Counted from the stretch's first letter, positions 37,594 to 47,742 are shown. The stretch: 64,000 nt of DNA from an uncultured Bacilli bacterium (GCA_947626095.1 CANQQV010000008.1:1-64000), one strand, 5' to 3'. Numbers and translations: made by a program. Notes: generated by a model from the sequence alone, not told the origin.

Positions 37594-39336
37594 TTACTCT
37601 AATACTCCTTTAATTCTTCTAACACCTGCAGATGATGCTTCTTCTTTGATGATTCTAAAATGACCTAATTCATTAGTGTTTTTAACATGTGGTCCACCAC
37701 ATAATTCTTTAGAAATATCACCAATACTATAAACAGTTACTATATCAGGATATTTTTCAATAAACATACATTCAGCACCACTTTTAATAGCTTCTTCTTT
37801 AGGCATTTCTTCAACTGTTACAGGGATTCCTTCACTTATCCATTCATTTACTAGGTCTTCTGCACGTTTCTTTTCTTCATCACTTAGTTTATGGTCACAA
37901 CTAAAGTCAAATCTCATTCTTTCGTCAGTTATATTAGAACCTTTTTGATGTACATCAGGACCAACTACAACTTTTAGAGCAGCATTAAGTAAGTGCGTTG
38001 CCGTATGATATCTAGTTTCTACTTCACTATTACCAGCTAAACCACCTTTGAATTTACCAGCAGAAGCAGTACGAGATTTTTCTTGATGTTCCATAAATTT
38101 AGCACGATATCCTTCTTCATCAACTTTTAAGTTTCGTTCACTAGCTAGTTCAATAGTTAATTCCAATGGGAATCCATAAGTATCAAATAGATGGAAAGCT
38201 GTCTCACCATCAATATCTTTATTATCTTTAGCTACTTTTTCAAATTCTCTTAAACCTTTTTCTAATGTACGACCAAATTTAACTTTTTCATTCTTTAATA
38301 CTTCTAAAACAACATTATAGTTATCTTCTAATTCTTTATAGTATTTTTTATATTTATCTAGTAGTAATTTAGCTATTTGTTCTTCCCAATCACTATTAAT
38401 ATCAATACCTAATGTTTTAGCATGACGAATAGCTCTTCTAATTAATCTTCTTAAGATATAACCTTGATCTGTATTAGATGGTTTAATACCAGCAGGATCA
38501 GCAGAAATAAAGACAGCAGTTCTTAAGTGGTCAGCGATAATTCGCATACTCTTTTCATGACCTTCATATGGAACATTAGCTATTTGACTAATTAGTTCGA
38601 TAACATCTTTCCAAATACTTGATAGGTAGTTATCATTAACACCTTCTAAAATAGCAGTAGTTCTTTCAACGCCCATACCGGTATCAACATTTTTCTTAGG
38701 TAGTTCAGTAACAACACCATTACTATCTTTATGATATTGCATGAAGACATTATTCCATATTTCTACCCATCTACTATCTTCAGGATCAAAATTCTTTGGT
38801 ATTTCATCATTACTTCTAAAATAGAAGATTTCGGTATCACCACCACATGGACCGGTTTCACCAGCTATCCAGAAGTTATCTTCGACGGTTTTAGCAATTC
38901 TTTCTTTAGGAATACCTAAACTTAACCATTTATTATAACTAACTTCATCAAATGGGATATCATCGTTACCAGCAAAGACAGTTACACCTAATCTTTCTAC
39001 TGGAATATTTAAATGTTCAGTTAAAAATTCAAAGCTCCAAGCAATACTTTCATCTTTAAAGTAATCACCTAAACTCCAGTTACCTAACATTTCAAAGAAT
39101 GTATGGTGTGTAACGTCTCCAACGGAATCTAAGTCATTGGTTCTAACACATTTTTGGTAGTCAACTAATCTTGTACCATATGGATGTGGTTGACCCATTA
39201 AATATGGGATTAGTGGTTGCATACCAGCAGTATTAAATAATACTGATGGATCATTTTCAGGTACTACTGGAGCACTAGGTATTTGTTTATGGCCTTTTTC
39301 AATAAAAAAATTAATATATAAATCTTTTAAATTCAT
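37594..39336 (-). CDS. alaS: Alanine--tRNA ligase, short form (no C-Ala domain)
   Basis: NTAGMQ, HHTFFEMLGNWS.GDYFK, GPCG, EIWNNVFMQ, DTGMG.ER, DTYGFP, editing HTATH and ELCGGPHV; ends at GVRRI. Confidence 0.97.
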   Translation of the reverse strand: MNLKDLYINFFIEKGHKQIPSAPVVPENDPSVLFNTAGMQPLIPYLMGQPHPYGTRLVDYQKCVRTNDLDSVGDVTHHTFFEMLGNWSLGDYFKDESIAWSFEFLTEHLNIPVERLGVTVFAGNDDIPFDEVSYNKWLSLGIPKERIAKTVEDNFWIAGETGPCGGDTEIFYFRSNDEIPKNFDPEDSRWVEIWNNVFMQYHKDSNGVVTELPKKNVDTGMGVERTTAILEGVNDNYLSSIWKDVIELISQIANVPYEGHEKSMRIIADHLRTAVFISADPAGIKPSNTDQGYILRRLIRRAIRHAKTLGIDINSDWEEQIAKLLLDKYKKYYKELEDNYNVVLEVLKNEKVKFGRTLEKGLREFEKVAKDNKDIDGETAFHLFDTYGFPLELTIELASERNLKVDEEGYRAKFMEHQEKSRTASAGKFKGGLAGNSEVETRYHTATHLLNAALKVVVGPDVHQKGSNITDERMRFDFSCDHKLSDEEKKRAEDLVNEWISEGIPVTVEEMPKEEAIKSGAECMFIEKYPDIVTVYSIGDISKELCGGPHVKNTNELGHFRIIKEEASSAGVRRIKGVLE

Positions 39337-39337
39337 T

Positions 39338-39856
39338 TTACTTCATTCCTTCCAATATTTTATCAACATCTTTTGCTAAGTTTTCATCAAAAGAATTATT
39401 AATTATATAATTAAATTTATCATAGTTATCTAGTTCTAATTCTGTATGATGTAGTTTTTCAGTGGCTGTTAAATTTCGTTTAAATTCTTGAGCATTAACA
39501 CGAATAGTTATTACTTCATAATTAGTATTTTGCGTAAAATACTCTAGTTCATGGACTAAGCGAACATCAGATATAACAATATTTTTGATTCCTACTTGTT
39601 CATAAACTTTAATATCTTCTAATAAACGATTAGTCATAAAGTTTTCATCAACCGCTCGTAAGGTATCACCCATATTTTGTAAGAATTCACGTGGCTTGTT
39701 TTCGTCTTTGCCATCCCAATTAGATAGTTCTAAAGCAAATAGTTTAATGTATTTGCTAAAGCTTGTAATGACTGTATTAGATAATTTTTCTTTAATTAGA
39801 CGAGCAACTTCGTTTTTACCACTACCAGCTTTACCAGCTATTAAAAATATTCTCAT
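39338..39856 (-). CDS. P-loop kinase, dNMP-kinase / animal-type phosphomevalonate-kinase-like
   Basis: GKAGSGKN, SFS.YIK, REFLQ.MGD.LR..D..F, ISDVR..HE, IRV, H.TE.ELD.Y..F.YII.N; true ATG at 39856 with aaggagg RBS. Confidence 0.7.
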   Translation of the reverse strand: MRIFLIAGKAGSGKNEVARLIKEKLSNTVITSFSKYIKLFALELSNWDGKDENKPREFLQNMGDTLRAVDENFMTNRLLEDIKVYEQVGIKNIVISDVRLVHELEYFTQNTNYEVITIRVNAQEFKRNLTATEKLHHTELELDNYDKFNYIINNSFDENLAKDVDKILEGMK

Positions 39857-39869
39857 ATGACCTCCTTCA

Positions 39870-40052
39870 AAATAAAAAACCACATTACTTGCAAGGAGCA
39901 AATAATGCGGTACCATCCTTTATTTTACTTAATTTATGATAACGGTCTCCCGTTTAATCTCCGAAGGTAGCTATTTCATTTAATCTTCTCTTAGTTTCCA
40001 CCAACCACTAAGTCTCTATAAGAATTTTAAATTACTTTGTCTTCATCAACGA
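39870..40052 (-). promoter_or_regulatory. T-box riboswitch (Ala specifier GCU) with canonical terminator
   Basis: Stem I AGAGA/GGTGGAA, GAAATA-GCT-A specifier (39969-39971), AAGGA-TGGTACC-GCA antiterminator, terminator accgcattatttgc/gcaagtaatgtggt plus U-tract. Confidence 0.9.
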
Positions 40053-40131
40053 TTAATAACAAATTCAATAAATAAATTATATAAAACTATTTTTAAAATG
40101 TAAAGAATTATTGTGATATAGAAGATGAAGT

Positions 40132-41145
40132 TTATTGACATTTTGCAATTGAAGTTTTTAAGTGAATTAAACAAACTTTAATAATGGCAATAACGGGAGT
40201 GGCTAGAATCATACCAATAATACCAAAGAGGTTACTAAATAGAAGTAAACCGATAATAACGATGATAGGACTTATTTTAATGCTTTTACTCATGATAACT
40301 GGTTGTAAGATATAGTTTTCAATACTTTGAACAACAACGCAGATAATAATGGTGATAATGCCTAAGGTTTTACTTTCGGTAAAGCCAACACAGACAGCGA
40401 TAATACCACCGATATATGGACCAATATAAGGAATTAAATCAGTAAGACCACATAAGATACCTAAAAGTAAGGAAGCGTCTAGACCTACTAGCAAAAAAAG
40501 AATTGTATCCATTAGAAAGACACAAAAAGCAACAAATAAAGTGCCATTAACACATTTTCTAACTTCGATACTAACGTCTTTAGTTAAATTGGTAAAGACA
40601 CATTGAAATTTACTAGGAATAAGGTTATTAAGATTTTGAATAATTTTTTCATAATCCATACTGATATAAAGGCCTAAGATTAAACCAATGATGGTAATAC
40701 CTAGATATTTAAAGAGATTTTTAACTAAATTAACTAAATATAAAGGAATTTTATCCAGTAAAAAGTTTAAAATTTTATCTAAATATGTTCGTAATCCTAA
40801 ATTATTTATTTTACTAACAAGAATTTTAAAAAATGATGGCAAGATAGTACTTAATTCACTTATTTCTTGATAGATAGTAGGAATTAGTAAATAAAAAAAG
40901 AAGAAGATAAGTAATATGATAGATAAGAATAAAGCGATACAAATGAAGTTACGTTTATGATTTTTACTTAATTTATTGATTAAAGGATTTAATAACCAGG
41001 CATAAATAAAGCCAATAAATAAAGGAATTAAAAGACAGATAAGAGTTTTTAGTATAGGAATTATTTTTAAGTATTTAATGATAAAAAGGCTTAAGATAAC
41101 TGCTATTAAAAGTAAGACTAGTTCTTTAAGTTTGTCAATTTTCAT
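40132..41145 (-). CDS. AI-2E family transporter (YrrI-like)
   Basis: AWLLNPL, LIPYIGPYIG, Q.IENYILQPVIM, FGIIGMILATP. Confidence 0.92.
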   Translation of the reverse strand: MKIDKLKELVLLLIAVILSLFIIKYLKIIPILKTLICLLIPLFIGFIYAWLLNPLINKLSKNHKRNFICIALFLSIILLIFFFFYLLIPTIYQEISELSTILPSFFKILVSKINNLGLRTYLDKILNFLLDKIPLYLVNLVKNLFKYLGITIIGLILGLYISMDYEKIIQNLNNLIPSKFQCVFTNLTKDVSIEVRKCVNGTLFVAFCVFLMDTILFLLVGLDASLLLGILCGLTDLIPYIGPYIGGIIAVCVGFTESKTLGIITIIICVVVQSIENYILQPVIMSKSIKISPIIVIIGLLLFSNLFGIIGMILATPVIAIIKVCLIHLKTSIAKCQ

Positions 41146-41179
41146 ATATCACCTTGGAAAAAGGACCTAATAATAGGTC

Positions 41180-41323
41180 CTACATTTCATCTATGATACA
41201 ACATGTGTCCATATTTTTCATTTTTTCTTTTAAACAACCAAGCATTAAGCCAGCCGCCATTGACACCATACTAGCGCCGACGATGACCATGATATTAGAG
41301 TTATCTTTTAACATTTTTTTCAT
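41180..41323 (-). CDS. 47-aa small protein, YrzQ-like (absent from the ORF track)
   Basis: MKKMLKDNSNIMVIVGASMVSMAAGLMLGCLKEKMKNMDTCCIIDEM*, gaggtg RBS, own hairpin ggaccta/taggtcc; lies between recD2 and AI-2E like Bacillus yrzQ. Confidence 0.65.
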   Translation of the reverse strand: MKKMLKDNSNIMVIVGASMVSMAAGLMLGCLKEKMKNMDTCCIIDEM

Positions 41324-41335
41324 TTAATTTCACCT

Positions 41336-43549
41336 CTATAAGGTATTATGGTCATTATTTAAGAATTTATTCACTAATTGGGTTTTTAAATAAGTTTTAC
41401 GATTAGTGGAATAATCATTATTAGTTGCTTGTAAAAAGCTTTCGATTTCACCAATTAAAACTAAACTCTTTTTAGCACGAGAAACACCAGTATAGATTAG
41501 TTTATTGTATAACATTTTATAATAACTTTTAGAGATTGGCATGATAACATGAGCAAACTCGGATCCTTGGCTTTTATGAATTGATATCGCATAAGCATGT
41601 TTAATATTAATTAATTCTTCTCTACTATAGATAACTTCATTACCATCAAAATCTATAGTAAAAACTTCTTTTTTCTTAGGATTCATTATTGTACCTATAC
41701 TACTAATATATCCAATATCACCATTAAATATGTTATTATCAGGATCATTTACTAGTTGTAAGACTTTATCATGTTCACGGTAGATTATGTCCCCTACTTT
41801 TACTTCATGTTTATCTTTAGATTTTGGATTAAAGATTTCTTGTAATAAGATGTTTAAGTTATCAATACCATTTTCACCTTTATACATTGGAGCAAGAATT
41901 TGAATATCTTCTTCAGTTAATCCTTTTTCTTTACTCATTAAACAGATTTGTCGAATCATTTCTTTAATAGCTAAACCACTAGCTCTTAGGAAGTTATAGT
42001 CATCAGTTTGAGTCGTAAAGTCTTCTCTTAGGTTATGTTCTTTGATTTCTTTAGCTAAAATAGGAATATATGAGTTATCACTTTGACGATAAATTTGTTC
42101 TAAGACAGTATGAGTAAACATATCACTATCAATTAAGTCATTTAGAATTAAACCAGGACCAACTGATGGTAATTGGTTAGCATCACCGACTAAAACTAAG
42201 GTAATATTATGGCCGATACCTTTAAGTAGAGAATCAAATAAATAGGTATCTATCATACTGGTTTCATCAACAATAATTAATTTATGATAGTTTTTATTAT
42301 ATTCATTTATTTGAAATTCATTTTTTTCTTTATTCCATTTTAAGTAACGGTGAATAGTCATAGCTCCAAGACCAGTTGAATCACTCATTTTTTTAGCAGC
42401 ACGACCAGTTGGCGCAAGTAAAGCTATTTCGTTGATGATATCTTTATAATTTAAATTATGAATGCGAATATATAGTTTAACGATGGAATTAATAATTGTT
42501 GTTTTACCTGTTCCAGGGCCACCAGTAATAATACTTATACGATTAGTTAAAGCATTTTTAATCGCTTTTTTCTGATTAGAATTGTATTTGACACCATATT
42601 CTAGTTCAATGCCGGACATTAAAGCATCAAAGTTATCAACTTTAGTTTTAGAATGACGTGATATAAGTTCTAAGTTAAGGGCGATATCTTCCTCATAATC
42701 ATAGTATTCTTTTAAAAATAAGTCATTGCCGTTAATTATGATTTCTTTTTTTTGACTAAGTTCTAATAAGTAATTATCGAGTTCACTTTCGGTAATAAAT
42801 ATTTTAAATTCATTTCTAATATTACTAAATAGTTCTTCTTTATAAATATAAGTATCACCGTTTTTAAAACCTAAACGTTTAAAAGATTCAATAATACAAG
42901 CTAAGACACGTTCGTGACTATCAGCTTCTTTCATGGAAAGAAAGACTTTATCTAATTTATTAAAATCAATAATATCGATTAAAGAATATATATTTTTATC
43001 AACTATTTCTAGGGAACTTTCACCCCATTTATTTAAAATGGATAAAGCTTCATTGATTGTAAAACCTAATTTTTTAAGTTTAACGATTATTTCATCAGTA
43101 CTTTGATACTTAACTATTGAATTATATATTCTTTTAGCTTTTACTTCAGAAATACCAGGAACTTTTAGAAGTTCTTGAAAATCATTTTTTATTAAAGATA
43201 AGGCATCTTCACCAAGAGTTTCAACAATAGCAGTGGCAGTTTTTTCACCACAACCTTTAACTAAGGAACTAGATAGAAAATCAATGACAGCATCTTTACC
43301 TTTAGGTTCTTCTCTTTCATAAGATGAAACTTGAAATTGATTACCATATCTTTCATTAAAAATATAATTACCAGTTAACTTGTAGTAATCTTCATTATTT
43401 AAATTAGCAAAATAACCAGTAAAAGTAATGGTTTTATTTTCATATTCAGATAGGCCTTTTGAAGCTTCTTTAATTCTAAAGAGACCGACTTTATAACCAT
43501 TATCTGATTCAAAAATCATTTGCTTAAATTTTCCTCTTATGCATTCCAT
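41336..43549 (-). CDS. recD2: ATP-dependent RecD2-like DNA helicase
   Basis: HhH N-terminus, TGGPGTGKTT, APTGRAAK, DETSMID, GD.NQLPSVGPG, AISIHKSQGSE, YTGVSRAK. Confidence 0.96.
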   Translation of the reverse strand: MECIRGKFKQMIFESDNGYKVGLFRIKEASKGLSEYENKTITFTGYFANLNNEDYYKLTGNYIFNERYGNQFQVSSYEREEPKGKDAVIDFLSSSLVKGCGEKTATAIVETLGEDALSLIKNDFQELLKVPGISEVKAKRIYNSIVKYQSTDEIIVKLKKLGFTINEALSILNKWGESSLEIVDKNIYSLIDIIDFNKLDKVFLSMKEADSHERVLACIIESFKRLGFKNGDTYIYKEELFSNIRNEFKIFITESELDNYLLELSQKKEIIINGNDLFLKEYYDYEEDIALNLELISRHSKTKVDNFDALMSGIELEYGVKYNSNQKKAIKNALTNRISIITGGPGTGKTTIINSIVKLYIRIHNLNYKDIINEIALLAPTGRAAKKMSDSTGLGAMTIHRYLKWNKEKNEFQINEYNKNYHKLIIVDETSMIDTYLFDSLLKGIGHNITLVLVGDANQLPSVGPGLILNDLIDSDMFTHTVLEQIYRQSDNSYIPILAKEIKEHNLREDFTTQTDDYNFLRASGLAIKEMIRQICLMSKEKGLTEEDIQILAPMYKGENGIDNLNILLQEIFNPKSKDKHEVKVGDIIYREHDKVLQLVNDPDNNIFNGDIGYISSIGTIMNPKKKEVFTIDFDGNEVIYSREELINIKHAYAISIHKSQGSEFAHVIMPISKSYYKMLYNKLIYTGVSRAKKSLVLIGEIESFLQATNNDYSTNRKTYLKTQLVNKFLNNDHNTL

Positions 43550-43615
43550 AGTAAGTATCACCTTTTTTTATTTTATCACATACCATTATAAAAAGCGAAT
43601 ATTTTTTCGCTTTTT

Positions 43616-43843
43616 TTAATTGTCATTTTGATGTTTTTTAGTAAAGTAAAGTAAGGCTTTATCAAATTCGTTAGCATTATCTAATTTTAGAACTTCATTA
43701 TCTTGACCCATTTTACGAATACAAAAATCTTTTTCATCATTTTCATTAGTTAAATATAAGTATGTTGTATTATTTTCAGTTATTTCATCAATAATAAAAT
43801 AATCAATACCATTTTCTAATGTTATATATTCTAAATCTTCCAT
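43616..43843 (-). CDS. DUF1292 (YrzB-like) small acidic protein
   Basis: Y.IIDEI..NNTTYLYL.NEND..DFCIRK...L..LDN..EFD. Confidence 0.6.
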   Translation of the reverse strand: MEDLEYITLENGIDYFIIDEITENNTTYLYLTNENDEKDFCIRKMGQDNEVLKLDNANEFDKALLYFTKKHQNDN

Positions 43844-43850
43844 TTCACAC

Positions 43851-44504
43851 CTACTTACCTTGTTTAAAGCTTTCTACTTCTTGTTGTTTTTCTTCAAGTT
43901 CATTTAATGTTTGAATATAATCAATAATGATTTCTTTATATTTATCAGTATCAACTACTAGTTTGCCATCAACAACTTTACAAGCACCTTTAGCAGAACA
44001 ATAGCTATCAAAACTGGAATATTCTGTATAACCTAGTTGGTGTAAATCAGAAAATAAATGATTCATACAGTTTAAAGTACTACTTTTATTCCAACCAATT
44101 TTATTAAAGGCGCCATAAACGAATGAATCAAAATCCATGTTTTCACTATCGTATTCACTAGCGATATCATAATAATCATACCAATAAGCGCCAGGTTCTT
44201 GAGCTGGACGCGTACCACTTCTTACAGCATTGTATCCATATTCAACGGAAACATTTGAAGTATTAATGTCTTCAACAAATCCTTTAACACCATTATAACC
44301 TAATACTAGAGTGCCACTTAATAAAATAGTCGCAATAGCTCCAGCAATAAAGCCTTTTTTTAAGCCTTCAAAATGTCCTTTGTTAAAACCTTTGCGATAA
44401 CCTTTACGATATATTTTTTGATTATTTTCTTTTTGCTGTTCTTCAGCAATACTAGCTTCACGTGCTTTTAAATAATCTTCCATAGAAACTGTATTTCCTG
44501 CCAT
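43851..44504 (-). CDS. Hypothetical single-TM protein with Gxxx repeats
   Basis: KGYRKGFNKGHFEGLKKG before a TM helix; ATG at 44504 with aggatg RBS. Confidence 0.6.
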   Translation of the reverse strand: MAGNTVSMEDYLKAREASIAEEQQKENNQKIYRKGYRKGFNKGHFEGLKKGFIAGAIATILLSGTLVLGYNGVKGFVEDINTSNVSVEYGYNAVRSGTRPAQEPGAYWYDYYDIASEYDSENMDFDSFVYGAFNKIGWNKSSTLNCMNHLFSDLHQLGYTEYSSFDSYCSAKGACKVVDGKLVVDTDKYKEIIIDYIQTLNELEEKQQEVESFKQGK

Positions 44505-44600
44505 GTAATCACATCCTATTATTAATATACTACACTTAAAAATAAGTGTCAAAATGTTTTATTGAGGAATATAAAAAGAAGGATTAACCTTCTATAATTT

Positions 44601-45626
44601 TTATTTCATTCCAGGGCTTGATGGGTTGATTCCATTAAGATAATCTTCAGATACATAGACTTCGTTATTATAGATAACAGCATCTTCTGGAAGATTATCA
44701 ATACTATAATTGTTGTTGGTATCAGTTGCTTGAATAAATATTGTATAATTAGCATCAGTATCATCAAGAATAACTTTATTGTTTTGATCAACTAATTCAC
44801 CTTCGTATTTGCCTTTACCAAGATTTTGACCTGCTTGAGTTAATATAGCGGCATCAGCATATGGAGATTGAGAAAATACTTCTTCAGAAAACATACTTTT
44901 TTTGATAGCTTCATTGTAAGCGGCGGCAGCATTTCTAAATTCTTTGTGATATTTTTCGATTAGCGATCCGACAATTTCTTGTGGTAAACCAGATTCTATT
45001 TGATCAACATAATTATAGTAATTAATCATAACTTGAGTAAACGCTTCATATAATTCATTTCTTTGGGTATGAACATAATCATAACTACTCTTTTCTGCTT
45101 TACTACTTATTTCGCCAATTGCGTAGTTGGCCCATGAAACAAGAATTAAATCATCAGCACTATCAATAGTGTTTAAATGTTGTTCAACAATAGGAATTGG
45201 ATCTTTAGCTGGAGGATTTTTAGGTAAGGCTTTAAATATACCAATAGCAACGAAAAAAGCTATAGCAGCAGCAGTTAAACGCCAAAGGGTTTTTCTTCTT
45301 TGCAGTTTAAACTTACGACTTCTTTCATCACGAATTTCTTGACGATGAGCAATTGTTTCATTTTCAATTACACCGTTATGAAAATAAAATTCATTATAGT
45401 GACCAGCTTGAGGGTTATAGGAAATATCACCGATAGTATAACCATGTTTTGAATAAAAAACATAGCCATTTTCATTTTCTTCGACTCTACCTACTTCTAA
45501 GCCATACTTTCTTTTTATAGAATCACAAATATTTTGTAAGACTCTTTCAGTTAAAGGATATCTTTTTGTGTATACAAAGTTAATTTCCCTATTATCTGGA
45601 TTTTCCATAATATCACACGCTTTCAT
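44601..45626 (-). CDS. Hypothetical single-TM protein
   Basis: Basic stretch RKFKLQRRK followed by TM LTAAAIAFFVAIGIF; no family recognised. Confidence 0.6.
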   Translation of the reverse strand: MKACDIMENPDNREINFVYTKRYPLTERVLQNICDSIKRKYGLEVGRVEENENGYVFYSKHGYTIGDISYNPQAGHYNEFYFHNGVIENETIAHRQEIRDERSRKFKLQRRKTLWRLTAAAIAFFVAIGIFKALPKNPPAKDPIPIVEQHLNTIDSADDLILVSWANYAIGEISSKAEKSSYDYVHTQRNELYEAFTQVMINYYNYVDQIESGLPQEIVGSLIEKYHKEFRNAAAAYNEAIKKSMFSEEVFSQSPYADAAILTQAGQNLGKGKYEGELVDQNNKVILDDTDANYTIFIQATDTNNNYSIDNLPEDAVIYNNEVYVSEDYLNGINPSSPGMK

Positions 45627-45657
45627 CTATTATTCAAATTATATAATATTTTTCTTA

Positions 45658-46938
45658 TTATTTCAATATTGCTAAGACGTCACTGACATGAGCTTCAGTT
45701 ACTAAAGCATCGTAGCTTTGATTTGGTTTTAATGCTTCATTAATTATAACTTTTAAGAAATTTTCGGTATGACCAGTTGACACTCCATTATTAACTTCTT
45801 CTATTAAGACTTTTACTTCTTGGTTAATAAATTCTTGGTTATATGCTAATTGTAGTTCTTCATCGATTTTAATTAGGTGACGAGCACGTTCTTTTTTGAT
45901 ATTGTTTGGTATTTGGTTAGGCATAGTAGCGGCTTTAGTCCCTTCTCTTATACTATAAGGGAAAACATGAATTTTACTAAAACGAACTTTTTGACAAAAC
46001 TCAATACATTCTTTAAAATCTTCTTCAGTTTCACCAGGAAAACCAACTATAACATCTGTGGTAAGATTAATATTAGGACGAGCTGCTCTTATCTTATTAA
46101 TTTTAGTTAAGTATTCTTCTTTAGTATATTTACGATTCATTAGTTTTAAAATTCGCGCACTACCTGATTGTAGAGAAACATGTAAATGACCACAAAGTTT
46201 AGGATTGTTTTGCAGTTCTTCAATAAATTTATCGGTTATTTCCGTTATTTCAATACTAGAGATTCTGATTCTTTCTAAAGAAGGTATTTTAGATACTTCT
46301 CTTATTAAATCAGTTAGATCATATTGACCTGTTTCTTTGCCATAGGCACCAGTATTAATACCTGTAAAGACAATTTCTTTATGACCTATATTAACAAGAT
46401 CTTTAACTTCTTTAATGACTTCAGAAAATTCTTTACTTCTAATACTTCCTCTTACATAAGGAATAATACAGTAAGCACAATAGTTATTACAACCATCTTG
46501 GATTTTAACGTAAGCTCTAGTTAAATCGTTAAATTCAGCAACTTGCATATTTTCAAATTCAAGATGACGAGTATTATAAAATTTAACATATTTTTCATTA
46601 TTTAATTTATAGTCTTCGATTAGTTTAACAACAAGAGATTTTTCTTTATTACCAATTAAAATATCGATATCTAAATCATTTAGAGTTTCGCGTTTGTTTT
46701 CAGCGGTACAACCACAAACCATTAAAATAGCTTGGTTATTATCTCTTCTAACGTCACGAATCATTTTCTTACATTTATTATCAGCTGTATTAGTAACGCT
46801 ACAAGTATTTATAATAACAATGTCACTAGTTTTGTAGTCGTCATTATAAACGTAATGGCTTTTTAAAAGTTGTTCTTTCATATATTCAGATTCATAAGAA
46901 TTAACTTTACAACCAAATGTAATAATACTAAATTTCAT
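45658..46938 (-). CDS. mtaB: tRNA t6A37 methylthiotransferase
   Basis: GCKVNSYES, NTCSVT..AD, KIQDGCNNYCAYCIIPY.RG, TTDVIVGFPGET, HVFPYS.R.GT. Confidence 0.95.
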   Translation of the reverse strand: MKFSIITFGCKVNSYESEYMKEQLLKSHYVYNDDYKTSDIVIINTCSVTNTADNKCKKMIRDVRRDNNQAILMVCGCTAENKRETLNDLDIDILIGNKEKSLVVKLIEDYKLNNEKYVKFYNTRHLEFENMQVAEFNDLTRAYVKIQDGCNNYCAYCIIPYVRGSIRSKEFSEVIKEVKDLVNIGHKEIVFTGINTGAYGKETGQYDLTDLIREVSKIPSLERIRISSIEITEITDKFIEELQNNPKLCGHLHVSLQSGSARILKLMNRKYTKEEYLTKINKIRAARPNINLTTDVIVGFPGETEEDFKECIEFCQKVRFSKIHVFPYSIREGTKAATMPNQIPNNIKKERARHLIKIDEELQLAYNQEFINQEVKVLIEEVNNGVSTGHTENFLKVIINEALKPNQSYDALVTEAHVSDVLAILK

Positions 46939-46994
46939 AAACATCACCCGGTTTTAAATTATAACACAAATAAAACTAATCGCAAATGATTAGT

Positions 46995-47732
46995 CTATTT
47001 TACAAAAATAGCAAGGATGGCATCAATTAAAATGATAAGGCCAAAGAAGATAAAAAATAACCAGCTAGTCTTGGAAATTGTCACTTTTTTAGCTTTTTCT
47101 TCAGTTATTTCTTTATCATCAGTAACTACTTTTTTTAGTTTGACACTTAAGTATTTTTTAGTACTTAAGTCATCTTTAGTTTTTAAACAGAAAGTTGTGG
47201 AATCACCTAGTTCTTTAAATTGAAGATTATTATCTTGTTTAATAAAGAAACCAAACATGGCTAAATCCCCAGCTGCGCCGGAAATATTAATTACAGATAA
47301 AGCAATTAATAGAAAGGAATTAATTAACCAACCAATTATTAGAGTTATAACACCGATTATCATAAATGGTGATAATAAAGAAATGATAATATTTTTCTTA
47401 TTAATAAATTCACCACATTTACAATAAAATACACCTTTTTCTAAAGCAGCACCAAAGGTAATATTTTCGTTTTTAGCACCATTTAAATGATAAGCTATAC
47501 CATGAATTATTTCATGAAGAATCATCCATAAAAACATTAATACGCAGATTACAATACAATCAAGTAAACTTGATGATTCTATAATATTAATATTTAATGT
47601 AGTATTACTTAATTTATAGTAAGCCCAAGTAAGTAAAACAGGTATTATAAATAAGATAAGTGATATAAAGGTTATATAACCCATTTTATATTCAAAAATA
47701 TAAGTATTTACTTTTTTATCTTCTTTTTTCAT
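46995..47732 (-). CDS. DUF3267 putative membrane zincin peptidase
   Basis: LHEIIHG, F.YC, LLSPF, N.SGAAGDL. Confidence 0.8.
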   Translation of the reverse strand: MKKEDKKVNTYIFEYKMGYITFISLILFIIPVLLTWAYYKLSNTTLNINIIESSSLLDCIVICVLMFLWMILHEIIHGIAYHLNGAKNENITFGAALEKGVFYCKCGEFINKKNIIISLLSPFMIIGVITLIIGWLINSFLLIALSVINISGAAGDLAMFGFFIKQDNNLQFKELGDSTTFCLKTKDDLSTKKYLSVKLKKVVTDDKEITEEKAKKVTISKTSWLFFIFFGLIILIDAILAIFVK

Positions 47733-47742
47733 AACTACCCTC

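Noticed and set aside
39857-39916. N-terminal extension MVPHYLLL... of the kinase ORF as a leader peptide
   Set aside because: It is the T-box antiterminator/terminator sequence; the RBS-supported ATG is at 39856
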